This document shows, piece after piece, positions 10,517-22,285 of a stretch of 64,000 nucleotides of DNA. Position 1 is the stretch's first letter; every line of letters begins with the position of its first letter. The stretch lies in sequence record SRR20825019_1298. One strand, given 5' to 3'. Under the pieces are notes generated by a model. The model saw nothing but the letters and a program-made list of their open reading frames with translations. It made no database searches and had not been told where the DNA came from. Made by a program: the position numbers and the translations under genes.

Positions 10517-11437
10517 TTAACCCATTTTTATGCCGAGCGCTGCTGCGGCTTTTCCGATAAATTTCATTGATTGCTGCCCACCCTGCACCAGCTCTTGCTG
10601 ACCTTCAGGGTTATTGATGTTACCCATCTGGGCGCGAACATTCTCAGGTGTTTGATCGTCTGGCTTCAGATACACGCCGTCGGTCTCGTAAACCACAGCA
10701 CGAGCATAACCACCTGCCCCGGCTGAGAGTACCGTGCGGTTAGGCGCATCCTCGTCGCAAAGCGTGATCAGGCCAGCCGTCACTGACTCTGGCGTGGACA
10801 ATTTAAGCGCGGCCTCAGGCAACAAGCCCTCAGTCATGCGCGTGGCGGCCATTGGTGCAAGGCAGTTCGCGCGAATGTTATACTTCGCACCCTCAAGGCA
10901 CAGTGTGTTCATAAAGCCAACAAGGCCCATTTTTGCCGCACCATAGTTGCTTTGGCCGAAATTGCCGTAGAGGCCCGACGAAGATGTCGTCATAACCAGG
11001 CGGCCATAGGCTTGCTCCCGCATAATCTCCCACACGGCTTTTGTACATACGACCGAGCCCATCAAATGAACCTGAACAACGAAGTTGAAGTCTTCGACTG
11101 TCATTTTCGCGAAGGTTTTATCGCGCAGCACGCCTGCATTATTCACCAGTACGTCTACCCGGCCCCATTTCTCCATGGTTTTAGCCACCATGTCTGCAAC
11201 TTGTTCTTCATTTGTGACGTTGGCGCCGTGCGCAAAGGCTTGTCCGCCCGCGTCAGTGATCTCTTTAACCACGGCCTCTGCCGCAGCAGAGGAGCCACCA
11301 ACACCATGCACGTCACCACCCAGATCGTTTATCACAACCTTAGCGCCACGACGGGCAAGTTCAAGGGCATGTGTGCGGCCAAGGCCACCACCTGCACCGG
11401 TTACAATTGCAACACGATCGTCAAACCGAATACTCAT
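10517..11437 (-). CDS. SDR, 3-hydroxyacyl-CoA dehydrogenase (MFE-2-like)
   Basis: [36 protein letters not shown]. Confidence 0.92.
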   Translation of the reverse strand: MSIRFDDRVAIVTGAGGGLGRTHALELARRGAKVVINDLGGDVHGVGGSSAAAEAVVKEITDAGGQAFAHGANVTNEEQVADMVAKTMEKWGRVDVLVNNAGVLRDKTFAKMTVEDFNFVVQVHLMGSVVCTKAVWEIMREQAYGRLVMTTSSSGLYGNFGQSNYGAAKMGLVGFMNTLCLEGAKYNIRANCLAPMAATRMTEGLLPEAALKLSTPESVTAGLITLCDEDAPNRTVLSAGAGGYARAVVYETDGVYLKPDDQTPENVRAQMGNINNPEGQQELVQGGQQSMKFIGKAAAALGIKMG

Positions 11438-11458
11438 TCCACTCTCCACACTATTCTA

Positions 11459-11923
11459 TTAACTGGCCAGGACCTGCATGGTCAGCCACTCAGCGATGAG
11501 CGCCGGGCGCTCCTCACCCTTAATTTCCATTGTCAGTTCTGTTTTCAACAGGAAGCGGTTCCCCGGTTTTTCGCTTACACTCAAGAGCTTGGAACGAGCG
11601 CGAATTTCGCTGTCCACCTTCACCGGGCTCATAAAACGCACCTTGTCTGAGCCGTAGTTGATGCCCATCACAGCACCTTCAAGGCCGATTGCAGCATCTG
11701 CCATCAGATACGGTGCCATCGACAGGGTCAGAAACCCGTGGGCAATGGTAGTTCCGAATGGAGTCTTTGCCGCCTTCTCCGGGTCTACGTGAATAAATTG
11801 ATGGTCGAGCGTAACGTCCGCAAACGCATTGATGCGTTCCTGATCGATTTTAAACCAATCAGATACACCCGTTTCTTTACCGATATAGTCTTGAATTTTG
11901 TCTTTATTTACAATGATCGCCAT
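11459..11923 (-). CDS. MaoC family dehydratase (R-hydratase)
   Basis: DHQFIHVDP...IAHGFLTL hydratase-2 motif. Confidence 0.93.
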   Translation of the reverse strand: MAIIVNKDKIQDYIGKETGVSDWFKIDQERINAFADVTLDHQFIHVDPEKAAKTPFGTTIAHGFLTLSMAPYLMADAAIGLEGAVMGINYGSDKVRFMSPVKVDSEIRARSKLLSVSEKPGNRFLLKTELTMEIKGEERPALIAEWLTMQVLAS

Positions 11924-11953
11924 TGTCTGATCCCGTATGAAAAAGTTTCAAAC

Positions 11954-12742
11954 TTAAGGTAGCGCGGAAATGCCGCCGTCAAGGGGAATTACGCCACCTG
12001 TGATATAGCTACCCGCACGTGAGCACAACATGATGAGCACACCTGCCACATCTTCCGGTTCCCCACAGCGATGTAGCGGTACGCGCTCCTCTGCGGCGCG
12101 CCTGCGCTCTTCGTCGTCGGTCACAAAGGCCATCATGCGACTAGGAAACGGCCCGGGTGCAATAGCGTTCACTGTGATATGAAAACGCGCGAGCTCGTTA
12201 GATAGTATTTTGGTCAAATGATGCACTGCCGCCTTCGATGCGCCGTAGGAATAAGCGCTATTGGAGACCGGCCGGGTCCCAACAACGGAGCCCAAGTTGA
12301 CCACCCTTGCCGGGTCATCTTTAGTGCCAGCCTTTTTCAGCAGTGGCAGCACTAGGCGCGTGAGGTCCGCAACCGCAGTCACATTTAGCCGGAACACGTC
12401 ATCCCATTTCTGACGGGGGAAGTCTTCAAACGGAGCGCCCCATGTCATACCTGAGTTATTGACGAGAAGATCCAGCTTGCCTTCACGCTTAGCGATCTCG
12501 TCCGCCAGCCCTTCGGTGCCTTCAGCTGTTGATAGGTCAGCCTGAAGGGCAATCACCTCGCCCGGCCCAACGGCATTGAGCTCACTTGCTACATCTTCGC
12601 AACTCTCCAGCCTGCGGGAAGCAATATAAACCTTACAACCCGCCCGAACGAGCGCTTCAGTCGCCATCGCGCCGATGCCCGAGCCTCCACCCGTCACCAA
12701 CGCGACTTTGCCTTTAATATCAAATAGTGTGCCCAGTTCCAT
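11954..12742 (-). CDS. SDR family oxidoreductase (RhlG-like)
   Basis: TGGGSGIG, NNSGMTWGAP, YGASK. Confidence 0.92.
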   Translation of the reverse strand: MELGTLFDIKGKVALVTGGGSGIGAMATEALVRAGCKVYIASRRLESCEDVASELNAVGPGEVIALQADLSTAEGTEGLADEIAKREGKLDLLVNNSGMTWGAPFEDFPRQKWDDVFRLNVTAVADLTRLVLPLLKKAGTKDDPARVVNLGSVVGTRPVSNSAYSYGASKAAVHHLTKILSNELARFHITVNAIAPGPFPSRMMAFVTDDEERRRAAEERVPLHRCGEPEDVAGVLIMLCSRAGSYITGGVIPLDGGISALP

Positions 12743-12751
12743 CTCGTGCCC

Positions 12752-13987
12752 TTACGCGCTGTTCGAGCGGTATTTTTTAAGCTCGGTCCGCGCAATAACC
12801 ATGCGGTGCACAGCGTCTGGCCCGTCAGCAAACCGCAGGGTACGCTGGCCGTGCCACATATTCGCGAGCGGGAAGTCTTGGCTGATGCCCTGTCCACCAT
12901 GCATCTGCATGGCTTCGTCAATCACCTTAAGCGCCATACGTGGTGCCACCACCTTGATCTGGCTGATATACGGCTGAGCAGCCTGTGTGCCGACCGTATC
13001 CATCATGTGAGCGGCCTTCAGACACAAGAGGCGTGCCATCTCAATCTCGATCCGGCACTCCGCGATGATGTCATAATTGGCGCCAAGTTTGACAAGCTGC
13101 TTGCCAAACGCCTCTTTTGCAAGTGACCGTTTGATCAGGAGCTCAAGCGCGCGCTCCGCTGCACCGATGGAGCGCATGCAGTGGTGGATGCGGCCTGGTC
13201 CCAAGCGGCCCTGAGACACTTCAAACCCGCGCCCCTCACCAAGCACAAGGTTTTCTTTCGGCACTCGAACATCCGTAAACCGAATGTGCATATGGCCGTG
13301 CGGCGCGTCATCATGCCCAAACACCATCATCGGGCGCAGTATCTCTATACCCGGTGTTTTGGCGTCGACAAAAATCATGCTGTGCTGGTTTTTGCGGGGT
13401 GCGTCGGGGTCTGTGCGCACCATGGTTACATATATGGCACAGCGCGGGTCACCAGCGCCCGAGGCCCAGTATTTTTCCCCATTCAGAACGTATTCGTCCC
13501 CATCCAGAACCGCGGTCATGGCGATGTTGGTCGCGTCCGACGACGCCACTTCCGGTTCCGTCATGAGGTAAGCTGAGCGGATTTTGCCCTCTAGCAATGG
13601 CTTGAGCCATTTTTCTTTATGTTCAGCCGTGCCGTAACGCTCAATAACTTCCATGTTGCCCGTATCAGGCGCCGAACAGTTGAAGCTTTCCGCCGCGAGC
13701 TGGGAACGCCCCATTTCTTCCGCCAGATAAGCGTATTCAACTGTCGTAAGGCCGTAGCCCGCATCAGAACCGGTAAGCCAGAAATTCCAAAGCCCGTCCT
13801 TACGAGCCTGCTCTTTCAGGCTCTCCAGAATTTCTGTCATACGCGGCGTAAACTCGAACCGGTTACCTGTACCGCCAACCTCATGGTGGTATTCATCTTC
13901 TACCGGTACAACATATGTATCGATAAATGTGCGCACTCTTTCTCTGAGTTCTGCGCCCCGTTTTGTCAGCCCTAAATCCATCGACAT
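12752..13987 (-). CDS. Acyl-CoA dehydrogenase, ACAD10/11 (LvaC-like) type
   Basis: [47 protein letters not shown]. Confidence 0.92.
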   Translation of the reverse strand: MSMDLGLTKRGAELRERVRTFIDTYVVPVEDEYHHEVGGTGNRFEFTPRMTEILESLKEQARKDGLWNFWLTGSDAGYGLTTVEYAYLAEEMGRSQLAAESFNCSAPDTGNMEVIERYGTAEHKEKWLKPLLEGKIRSAYLMTEPEVASSDATNIAMTAVLDGDEYVLNGEKYWASGAGDPRCAIYVTMVRTDPDAPRKNQHSMIFVDAKTPGIEILRPMMVFGHDDAPHGHMHIRFTDVRVPKENLVLGEGRGFEVSQGRLGPGRIHHCMRSIGAAERALELLIKRSLAKEAFGKQLVKLGANYDIIAECRIEIEMARLLCLKAAHMMDTVGTQAAQPYISQIKVVAPRMALKVIDEAMQMHGGQGISQDFPLANMWHGQRTLRFADGPDAVHRMVIARTELKKYRSNSA

Positions 13988-13998
13988 AATGTTCCCCT

Positions 13999-15735
13999 TT
14001 ACTTCACAGAAGACCGCCAAAGGTCCTGATATGCTGTTTTGATGCCGTTTCTATCGATCTTGCCGGAGGCAATGACCGGAAGCGGTTCGTGTGTAATCCA
14101 GATTTTTTCAGGCACTTTAAAGCCCGCAAGGTGTTTGCCCACCTCAACTTTAAGTGCTTCTTCCGTAAGATTTTTATCAGCGCTTACAACGGCACCGACA
14201 AGCTCGCCCATGCGTTCGTCCGGCAGGCTAAGCACCATAACATCATGCACGCCTGAAATGCCGTGCAGAACGCCTTCCACCTCAAGCGTACTGATGTTTT
14301 CACCGCCCCGGATAATGATCTCCTTCAAGCGGTCCACAATGTAGAGATATCCCTCGTCATCAAGGTAGCCCACATCGCCGGAATAGAACCAGCCATCACG
14401 GAAGGCACGTGCTGTTGCCTCAGGGTTGTTCCAATATTTGCGAATGTTGGTAACACTTTTTATGCAAACCTCACCGGGCACGCCGGTGGGCTGATCTTTC
14501 CCCGTATTCGGGCAAATAATCTTCACATGAATAAGCGGCGGTGTTGGCTTGCCGGTACTGGTCGGCCTTTCAATATATTCGTCTGCCGAAAGCACCGCCC
14601 CCAACGAGTTGGTTTCTGTGAGGCCATAACCAATGCCCGGGTTTGATTCCGGAAACACCTGTTTGATCAGCTTAACATGTTCTGGTGGGCGCGCTGCGCC
14701 GCCGCCGCCCAGGTCGACGAGTGTAGACAGGTCAAATTTATGCCGAAGAGGTGATGACGCCATCTCAAATGACATAGTTGGCACTCCGGTCATGCCGGTA
14801 ACACCTTCTGCCTCAATGAGCCTGAACGCGTCTTCGACGTCCCATTTATGCATCAGCACGAGCTTTCGCCCCAAAGTGGCGGAAACAAGCAGAACAGGTA
14901 AAAGCCCTGTTACATGGAAAAATGGCACGGTAGCCAGCATGACAGGCTGGAAGTCCGGGTCCATATTCAACCGGCCAAGCATCTTGAGCGCGAGCGCGAT
15001 GCATACCCAGTTCATCAATACTGAAACCACGGCGCGATGCGTCGAAAGCGCGCCTTTCGGGAATCCCGTTGAGCCCGAAGTATACAGCATCATCGCGTCA
15101 TCTTCTGAGCCAAGGTCTACGCTCGGCCAAACCATCGGCTTTTTGCCTTCAAGGGCCGCACTGAAAGAGAAAAGCCCTTCGCTTCCATCAAACGCGTCCC
15201 TCGCGACAATCACTCTAATGCTACCGTTTTCCACAAGGGGTCTAAGCCGTTCAGCTCGCGGGGCATCTGTGACCGCCAACGTGGCGCCACAGTTATCCAT
15301 TGCCCAAGCAAGTTCTTCTTCGGTCCACCACGCATTCATCAAAACCGCGATACCGCCAGCGGCAACAATGCCCATATAGGCGATTGGCCATTCAGGGTAA
15401 TTCCGCATTGCAAGCGCAACACGGTCCCCTTTCTTGACACCAAAATCGTCCGCAAGCGCCTGTGCAAACTGGGACGCCATGGTGATCGTCTCCGCATAGG
15501 TGTACCGGTCTTCACCGTAGACAAGGAATTCTCTGTCTGCATGCCCCAGAAACATCATGAACGCGTCCCGCAAGCTCGGTGGCTGGTTCACAAAGGCTGT
15601 GTGTTTGGTTCCGTCAATATCCAGTTCCTGGATTGCGAAGGGCATCTCAGGGCGCGTCAGCAAGCCAATAACATGGTCGAGCGGCAGGTCCGGGTCCACT
15701 GTGGGTAGTTGAAGCGTGTCAAACATGCTGGCCAT
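13999..15735 (-). CDS. Class I adenylate-forming enzyme (acyl-CoA ligase)
   Basis: [28 protein letters not shown]. Confidence 0.92.
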   Translation of the reverse strand: MASMFDTLQLPTVDPDLPLDHVIGLLTRPEMPFAIQELDIDGTKHTAFVNQPPSLRDAFMMFLGHADREFLVYGEDRYTYAETITMASQFAQALADDFGVKKGDRVALAMRNYPEWPIAYMGIVAAGGIAVLMNAWWTEEELAWAMDNCGATLAVTDAPRAERLRPLVENGSIRVIVARDAFDGSEGLFSFSAALEGKKPMVWPSVDLGSEDDAMMLYTSGSTGFPKGALSTHRAVVSVLMNWVCIALALKMLGRLNMDPDFQPVMLATVPFFHVTGLLPVLLVSATLGRKLVLMHKWDVEDAFRLIEAEGVTGMTGVPTMSFEMASSPLRHKFDLSTLVDLGGGGAARPPEHVKLIKQVFPESNPGIGYGLTETNSLGAVLSADEYIERPTSTGKPTPPLIHVKIICPNTGKDQPTGVPGEVCIKSVTNIRKYWNNPEATARAFRDGWFYSGDVGYLDDEGYLYIVDRLKEIIIRGGENISTLEVEGVLHGISGVHDVMVLSLPDERMGELVGAVVSADKNLTEEALKVEVGKHLAGFKVPEKIWITHEPLPVIASGKIDRNGIKTAYQDLWRSSVK

Positions 15736-15742
15736 CTTTCCC

Positions 15743-16879
15743 TCAGTATCCAGAGAGGTGGGCAAAACGGTCTGCATGGTAATTGAAATCACCATACAAA
15801 TGTTGCAATACCCGTGCTCTCTTAATGTAAAAACCCATGTCGAACTCATCGGTCATACCAATGCCGCCGTGCATCTGAATGGCCTCGTTCGTGGCCAGCT
15901 CCGCAGTCTTGCTGGCTTTTGCTTTAGCCAGACTTGCAAACCATGCGACATCACCGCCAGCATCTGCCATCTGGAGCGCTTTCAAGACAGCTGACCGTGT
16001 CACCTCGATCTCCCCATAGAGCTCAGCAGCACGATGCTGCAAAGCCTGGAAAGAACCGATCGGTACGCCAAACTGTTTGCGTTCCTTCAGATATTCAACA
16101 GTTTCGGTGAAGCAATACTGTGAAATGCCAAGCAATTCCGCCGCCACAACAATCCGTGCCCGGTCAAGCGCCGGCTCAACAGTGTCCAGAGCCTTGCCCT
16201 CGCCTCCGATAAGCGCACTACCATCCAGTGAAACACCCTCAAAAGTGACTTTTGTCCAATTTCGGCTATCCACAGATACGATAGAATCGATGATCAAACC
16301 CTTTGCCCCACGATCAACAATAAAAAGGCTCAAACCATCGCGTTCACCTGCCTCGCCGGAAGTCCGTGCGAGGACAAGAATTTTGTCCGCACCACTGCCA
16401 TCTGGCACAAAAGTCTTCAAGCCGCTGAGCTTGTACCCGTCCCCTGCTTTTTCAGCCTTAAGCGCCACATCTTCCGGGCTATGGCGACTTCCTTCATCAA
16501 TTGCGAAGGTGACAACCAATTCGCCTGAAGCAATCACGGGCAATAGTTCTGCTTTTTGAGCCTCAGACCCAGCAGCGGCAACTACCGACGCGGCGACAAT
16601 ACTGCTCGCCATAAAGGGCGACGGTGAAAGTGTATGCCCCATCGCTTCCGCGACAATGCCCGCGCCTACATACCCAAAGGCTGTGCCGCCGTGGTCTTCG
16701 TCAACCAACAGGCCAGCAAAACCCATCTCGCTCATCTCAGCCCACAGGCCTTTCGAATAGCCAAGCTCGTCTTTGTCATCGCGCAAACGACGCAACTGGC
16801 TAACGGGTGCCTTCTCTTTGAAAAACCCTTCTGCAGATTCCTTGAGGAGCTGTTGTTCTTCATTCAGTACTAATGCCAT
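15743..16879 (-). CDS. Acyl-CoA dehydrogenase, PimD-like small subunit
   Basis: RKQFGVPIGSFQALQH, QMHGGIGMT. Adjacent to a PimC-like gene. Confidence 0.9.
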   Translation of the reverse strand: MALVLNEEQQLLKESAEGFFKEKAPVSQLRRLRDDKDELGYSKGLWAEMSEMGFAGLLVDEDHGGTAFGYVGAGIVAEAMGHTLSPSPFMASSIVAASVVAAAGSEAQKAELLPVIASGELVVTFAIDEGSRHSPEDVALKAEKAGDGYKLSGLKTFVPDGSGADKILVLARTSGEAGERDGLSLFIVDRGAKGLIIDSIVSVDSRNWTKVTFEGVSLDGSALIGGEGKALDTVEPALDRARIVVAAELLGISQYCFTETVEYLKERKQFGVPIGSFQALQHRAAELYGEIEVTRSAVLKALQMADAGGDVAWFASLAKAKASKTAELATNEAIQMHGGIGMTDEFDMGFYIKRARVLQHLYGDFNYHADRFAHLSGY

Positions 16880-16893
16880 GATCTAACTCCCCC

Positions 16894-18060
16894 TTAACTC
16901 GGCAAACCAAGAATGCGCTTGGCAACAATATTGAGTTGTACTTCTGTGGTGCCGCCCTCAATCGAGTTACCTTTGGTCCTGAGCCAGGACCGCGCAACCT
17001 CACCATTGTTGGAGAACTGCCCTTCCCACTCGAACGCATCAGAGCCGTTCACCTTCACGATAAGCTCATGGCGTTCTTTATTGAGCTCAGTGCCATAGCC
17101 TTTAAGAACGGAAGAGAATGCACCCTGATCACCGCCCGCTTTCGCGGCATCTTTGGCCCGCTCAAGCGTAAACATGAAAGACGCAGCGTCTATCTCATGC
17201 TCCGCAATCTGGTGCCGCAGCAAACTGTCTGGCAGTTGACCATCTTTCTCGCCAAGTTTCTGTTTCGCCAACATACTGAGAGGGGTTGGCACGCCCATGT
17301 CGCCGATATTGCTGCGTTCGTGCGTCAGCAGGTATTTGGCGATAGTCCAACCCTTGTTTTCCTCACCCACGAGATTTTTCTTCAAGACCTTCACGTCATC
17401 AAAGAAAGTTTCGCAGAAAGGTGAATTTCCAGAGATCAACTTGATGGGCTTGGTGGAAACACCCTCTGTTTCCATATCGAAAAGCACAAAGCTGATACCT
17501 TCATGCTTAACCGTGGTATCGGTCCTGATCAGGCAGAAAATCCAATCAGCCTTATCGGCGTATGAAGTCCATATCTTCTGGCCATTGACGATATAGTGAT
17601 CGCCTTTGTCTTCCGCCTTGGTTGCAAGGCTCGCGAGGTCTGAGCCCGCATTGGGTTCTGAATACCCCTGACACCAACGAATTTCGCCGCGGGCAATCTT
17701 GGGCAAATGCTCAAGCTTCTGCTCATGCGTGCCAAACTTTAGAAGCGCTGGGCCAAGCATCCAGATGCCAAAGGATACCAGCGGCACGCGCGCCTTAATG
17801 CGGCGCATTTCTTCCGCAAGCACTTTGCCTTCTTCTTTCGAGAGGCCGCCGCCGCCATATTCCGCGGGCCAGGTTGGAACAGTCCACCCCCTGGCGCCCA
17901 TGCGCTCAAGCCACAACTTTTGATCATCGCTTTGAAAAACGAAATTGCGGCCACCCCAACAAAAATCCTGCTCGCCCTTCATCGACGTACGCATTGATGC
18001 CGGACAGTTGGCCTCCAGCCATTCGCGCGTCTCGGTGCGGAAAGCTTGCAAATCACTCAT
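16894..18060 (-). CDS. Acyl-CoA dehydrogenase, PimC-like large subunit
   Basis: WCQGYSEPNAGSDLASL, NGQKIWTS, SIEGGTTEVQ. Confidence 0.92.
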   Translation of the reverse strand: MSDLQAFRTETREWLEANCPASMRTSMKGEQDFCWGGRNFVFQSDDQKLWLERMGARGWTVPTWPAEYGGGGLSKEEGKVLAEEMRRIKARVPLVSFGIWMLGPALLKFGTHEQKLEHLPKIARGEIRWCQGYSEPNAGSDLASLATKAEDKGDHYIVNGQKIWTSYADKADWIFCLIRTDTTVKHEGISFVLFDMETEGVSTKPIKLISGNSPFCETFFDDVKVLKKNLVGEENKGWTIAKYLLTHERSNIGDMGVPTPLSMLAKQKLGEKDGQLPDSLLRHQIAEHEIDAASFMFTLERAKDAAKAGGDQGAFSSVLKGYGTELNKERHELIVKVNGSDAFEWEGQFSNNGEVARSWLRTKGNSIEGGTTEVQLNIVAKRILGLPS

Positions 18061-18316
18061 GGTACGATACCCCTCTCCATTCTCCCTTCGGCTCTTCCCG
18101 GAGCCGACGTTCCAGCGCAGGACGTTACGTCTGCCTGAAAAGCTAATGGTAAGGAGTAAGGCGGTTTCCCCTCTATTCAAGGCTGACAAGTGAAGATTGT
18201 GCTTATTCTTTTGCACTCGTGCGATATTTCCCCCGGCACTCTAGCCAGACCAAAAAATTGCCCTAACTCATTCCGCTAAGCTGCCATTCTGGCAAAACAC
18301 CCGAGCACGAGAGCAT

Positions 18317-19735
18317 ATGGCGGCCTTCTCATATAAAACTGTCTGGAACCTTGCAGGGCCGAATATCATCAGCAACGTCCTGATGGTATCCATCTCGTTC
18401 GCTCATCTGTGGATTGTGGCTCCCTTTGGCAGGGAGGCCAGTGCGGCCGTTGTAACAGGGGGACGCGTGCATTTTCTTCTGATGGCAGCAGCCATGGCAC
18501 TTTCTGTTGCCACCACAGCAGTTGTGGCGCGTGCGTGGGGCGGTGACGACGGTGAAGAAGCATCCGCTGCCACCACAAGCTCCCTTGTGCTCGCGGCGCT
18601 CATTTCCCTGTTTCTGGGGTCCATTACATATCTTTTCGCCCCCAATATTGTTCATCTCTTCGGCCTGGACCCGCATACTGAGGCGCTGGCTGTGGACTAT
18701 ATTCGCCCGGCCAGCCTGCTGAATGTGGTTTTTGCGCTGATGATGACGGTGGCGACAGCCTTTCGGGCGATTGGTGATGTCATCCGCCCCCTGAGGTTTA
18801 CGGCAGTCAGTACGCTTTTCAGCGTGCTTGGATCGTTGGTTCTGGTTCATGGGTATCTCGGCCTGCCTGAAATGGGAGTTTCAGGCATACCTTGGGGCAC
18901 AGCTACTGGCCAGCTTGCCGTGGTACTGTGGTTTGCTGCGCGCTGGCTAATGAACAGCTATGCGCTTACACCCAAGCTGAACGAAGCCCTTGATCGGCGC
19001 CGTGTGGGAATATTGGTCTCTATCGGCACACCAGCCGCGCTTGAGCAAATTCTCATCCAGGTCAGCTTCCTCCTGTTTATGATGTTGCTCTCAAGCTACG
19101 GCACTGCAGCTTTTGCAGCATACGGCATTGGCATCACCGTCCTCAGCGTTACCATAGTTGTCGGGCTTGGGTTCGGGACTGCGAGCGCCACTCTCGCGGG
19201 GCAGCGGCTGGGAGCAAAAGATGCAGAGGGTGCAATCGCGAGCGGCTGGGCCGCCACACGCCTTGCCGTGCTTGGCATGACGCTGCTTGCGATTCTGACC
19301 TTTTGCTTTCGTGGCCCTATCGCGGCACTTCTCTCAACCGATGAGACAGTGCGGGCCCATACGGAGTTTTTTGTGCTTATCCTCGCGCTGGTACAGCCCC
19401 TAATGGCGATTGAGTTTGCAATTGGTGGCGCCCTTCGCGGTGCAGGCGATACCCGCTTCCCGCTCTACGTCACGTTTGCAGGCATGATCGTGGGGCGACT
19501 CTCTATCGGTTTTATAGTACGCGCACTTGGCGGCCCGGTTGAAGCAATGTACTCGGTTATCATTGCCGATTACCTGATCAAAGCCACGCTTCTGATTATT
19601 CGCTTCCGCAACATTGACTGGAATGAGTTGGAGACCCACCCGCACGCGCCGCTGGCTCTACAGTCCGTCGCGGGAGTTAGTCGCGGTACGGTTCGCACGT
19701 TCTTCAGCCGCAAGAGCGATACCAAACCCGATTAA
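18317..19735 (+). CDS. MATE family efflux transporter
   Basis: About 12 TMs with internal repeat motifs RAIGD..P and RGAGDTRFP, GQRLGA. Confidence 0.92.
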   Translation: MAAFSYKTVWNLAGPNIISNVLMVSISFAHLWIVAPFGREASAAVVTGGRVHFLLMAAAMALSVATTAVVARAWGGDDGEEASAATTSSLVLAALISLFLGSITYLFAPNIVHLFGLDPHTEALAVDYIRPASLLNVVFALMMTVATAFRAIGDVIRPLRFTAVSTLFSVLGSLVLVHGYLGLPEMGVSGIPWGTATGQLAVVLWFAARWLMNSYALTPKLNEALDRRRVGILVSIGTPAALEQILIQVSFLLFMMLLSSYGTAAFAAYGIGITVLSVTIVVGLGFGTASATLAGQRLGAKDAEGAIASGWAATRLAVLGMTLLAILTFCFRGPIAALLSTDETVRAHTEFFVLILALVQPLMAIEFAIGGALRGAGDTRFPLYVTFAGMIVGRLSIGFIVRALGGPVEAMYSVIIADYLIKATLLIIRFRNIDWNELETHPHAPLALQSVAGVSRGTVRTFFSRKSDTKPD

Positions 19736-19843
19736 GTAGCTAATTTCTATTCGCCTTTGGACGTCAGTATAATTTGCTCTACTTTTTATTCTGGATAGCC
19801 AAAACTCATAGGCTATCTTTCGTGTTTTGATCAGGAGGGGAAC

Positions 19844-20623
19844 ATGGCGAAACCTGGAATGTTGGATATTGGTTCAGTGAAGGACAAAGTGTCCGCCACA
19901 GAATGGGAAACACGGGTCAACCTTGCTGCCGCCTATCGTATGGTGGCGCATTTGGGCTGGGACGACCTGATCTATACCCATATTTCCGCCCGCATCCCCG
20001 GTACAGATCATCACTTCCTTATCAACCCGCTAGGGCTGATGTTCGAAGAGATCACCGCCTCAAGTCTTGTGAAGGTCGACCTGAGCGGCAAGCAGCTTAT
20101 GGACACACCCTTCATTCCCAACGCCGCTGGGTTTGTCATCCACAGCGCTATCCATGAAGCGCGAGACGACGCCATGTGTGTACTGCATCTGCACACAGAC
20201 TACGGCATCGCCGTCTCCAATCAAAAAAATGGTTTGCTGCCGATTTGCCAGAGCTCTATCCCACCATGGATGAGCGTTGCCTATCATGATTATGAAGGCT
20301 TTGCCGTAAATGATGGTGAGAAAGAGCGCCTGGTTGCCGATATGGGCACCAAAAACGCACTCATCTTGCGCAACCACGGCACTCTCACAGCGGGCAGCAG
20401 CGTTGCGAAAGCCTTTGAACTGATGTTCTTCCTTGAGAAGGCCTGTAAAATTCAGGTGCTGACGCAAGCAACGGGGGTGCCATTGCATGCACCCAGCAAA
20501 AGCTCACTCGACAACGCGGTGCGGGACGTGCAGGTCGTCGCTGGTGCCAATGGTGCAGATAATTTTGTCTGGCCTGCTATTTTACGTAAGATGGACAGGC
20601 TTGACCCAAGTTTCCGGGATTAA
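19844..20623 (+). CDS. Class II aldolase/adducin family protein
   Basis: THISAR, GFVIHSAIH, HLHT, LRNHG. Confidence 0.93.
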   Translation: MAKPGMLDIGSVKDKVSATEWETRVNLAAAYRMVAHLGWDDLIYTHISARIPGTDHHFLINPLGLMFEEITASSLVKVDLSGKQLMDTPFIPNAAGFVIHSAIHEARDDAMCVLHLHTDYGIAVSNQKNGLLPICQSSIPPWMSVAYHDYEGFAVNDGEKERLVADMGTKNALILRNHGTLTAGSSVAKAFELMFFLEKACKIQVLTQATGVPLHAPSKSSLDNAVRDVQVVAGANGADNFVWPAILRKMDRLDPSFRD

Positions 20624-20656
20624 ACCCCAAAAGTTATCCCTACCCCATGAGGATTT

Positions 20657-21520
20657 ATGAACACGGTACAACCGATCATTGACGCGCTTGCTATAGAGCG
20701 GCTGGATAACCTCCTGTTTCGTGGCGACCCAAACGACTGGCCCAACAAACATGTGTTTGGTGGCCATATTCTCGCGCAGGCGATGGAAGCTGCAACATTG
20801 ACGGTTGAACCCGCCTACAAGCTACACTCATTGCATTGTTATTTCCTAAGGCCCGGCATTGCTGGTCAGCCCATTATCTATGACGTGGACCCTATCAGGA
20901 ACGGCCGTAGCTTTGTCACCCGCCGAGTTGTTGCCATCCAGAACGGTGAGGCAATTTTCACGATCTCGGTCTCCTTCCATGTGGGGGAAAGTGGTGTTGA
21001 ACACCAGATCGACATGCCAGAAGTGCCAATGCCGGAAGATCTTGAAGACGATGAAGCTTATTACGCTCGAGTGCTTCGCGCCTTTGGCAAACAACCCAAA
21101 GATAAGCCCTTCATGCCGTTTGAGATGCGTTCGATTGACAGGATGGACCTGGAAAACCCGGCCCCAAAAAGCCCGGAAACAGGCTATTGGTTCAAGTTGA
21201 AGGAAGAGATATCCGGTGACCAAGCCCTGCACGGCAGGCTGATGGCCTATATCTCCGACTTTGCCTTCCTGTCCGCGAACCTTCGGCCCCACGCCATGAT
21301 CCCACGGGATCCTCGGCTCAAAACCGTTGCCAGTCTCGACCATGCCATGTGGTTTCACCGCGAAAACTTCCGCGTTGACGATTGGATTTTTTACCGCACT
21401 GACGGGTATTGGACCGGCAAAGGCCGAGGCCTTGCCCGTGGCGCGCTTTATGACCGCGCGGGGCGCTTGTTAGCCTCCACAGCGCAAGAAGCGCTGCTAC
21501 GTATGAAAAAAGAAGATTAA
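20657..21520 (+). CDS. tesB: Acyl-CoA thioesterase II
   Basis: VFGG, HSLHCYFLRPG, GRSFVTR, SLDHAMWFH, QE. Confidence 0.9.
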   Translation: MNTVQPIIDALAIERLDNLLFRGDPNDWPNKHVFGGHILAQAMEAATLTVEPAYKLHSLHCYFLRPGIAGQPIIYDVDPIRNGRSFVTRRVVAIQNGEAIFTISVSFHVGESGVEHQIDMPEVPMPEDLEDDEAYYARVLRAFGKQPKDKPFMPFEMRSIDRMDLENPAPKSPETGYWFKLKEEISGDQALHGRLMAYISDFAFLSANLRPHAMIPRDPRLKTVASLDHAMWFHRENFRVDDWIFYRTDGYWTGKGRGLARGALYDRAGRLLASTAQEALLRMKKED

Positions 21521-21535
21521 AACCGGGTGGCCAGC

Positions 21536-22285
21536 TTAATCCGCTGGCCATATTTTTGATTTACCCACTGGTTTCTTCAACTGGGGTTTCTGAGCACTCT
21601 TTTTGCGCCACACCACGTAACGTACCTCAACACCGTCGCGAATGCTGCGCCTTAACTGACGACCAACCTTCACCATATCCAGTGCTTCTATCGCGGTGCG
21701 TTTCTGACTTTCATCCGGGCTCCAGTCAGCGAGCTCCATATAACTTTCCCGCACGAGGTGGGATGTCTCCTCCGAGACATTGTAGTTTCCTGCAAGGTCA
21801 AAATATTTGGTTAGTGTATTCCTCTTGGTCGGCAGGTTGTTTGATACCTGCGAATAGACAAAATAGCCATTTGGCTTGACCATTTGCTGAACATGTTCTG
21901 TCCACTCCTGATCTTCCCGAAAAGCGCGCAGGTCATCCATGCAAAAGAGCGCGTCATAGTTGAACTTTTCCCGCCTTGTTGGGTCTTCCAGTTGAGTAGC
22001 TGGCAAGACCCTTACAGCTTTTGATGTCAAGAAAACCCGCTCAAGATGCTCAGCGCACTCATGGCGACCCTCAAACGCATCGACGGTGAAGCCTCGCTCC
22101 GCCAGTGTTCGCACAAGGCGCCCACCTCCTGCCGCAACAACGCCCACGTTGGCGCGTTTTGGAAGATCCTGGAACATAGCCATTTCATCAATGATGGAAA
22201 GGCTGATCGGACGCTCGCAATAATCCATATCCTGACCATTGAACATCAGGTCAAGCGCGAGCGAAAACGCTAGTTTCTCTGCCAA
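21536..22285 (-). CDS. Hypothetical protein, degenerate class I methyltransferase-like fold
   Basis: VGVVAAGGG motif-I-like segment, VDAFE, YDALF, VKPNGYF. TTG start chosen after a GAGGGG SD. Confidence 0.65.
   Translation of the reverse strand: MAEKLAFSLALDLMFNGQDMDYCERPISLSIIDEMAMFQDLPKRANVGVVAAGGGRLVRTLAERGFTVDAFEGRHECAEHLERVFLTSKAVRVLPATQLEDPTRREKFNYDALFCMDDLRAFREDQEWTEHVQQMVKPNGYFVYSQVSNNLPTKRNTLTKYFDLAGNYNVSEETSHLVRESYMELADWSPDESQKRTAIEALDMVKVGRQLRRSIRDGVEVRYVVWRKKSAQKPQLKKPVGKSKIWPAD

Noticed and set aside
19794-19817. GATAGCC-N10-GGCTATC inverted repeat
   Set aside because: Short stem; cannot distinguish terminator, operator or chance.
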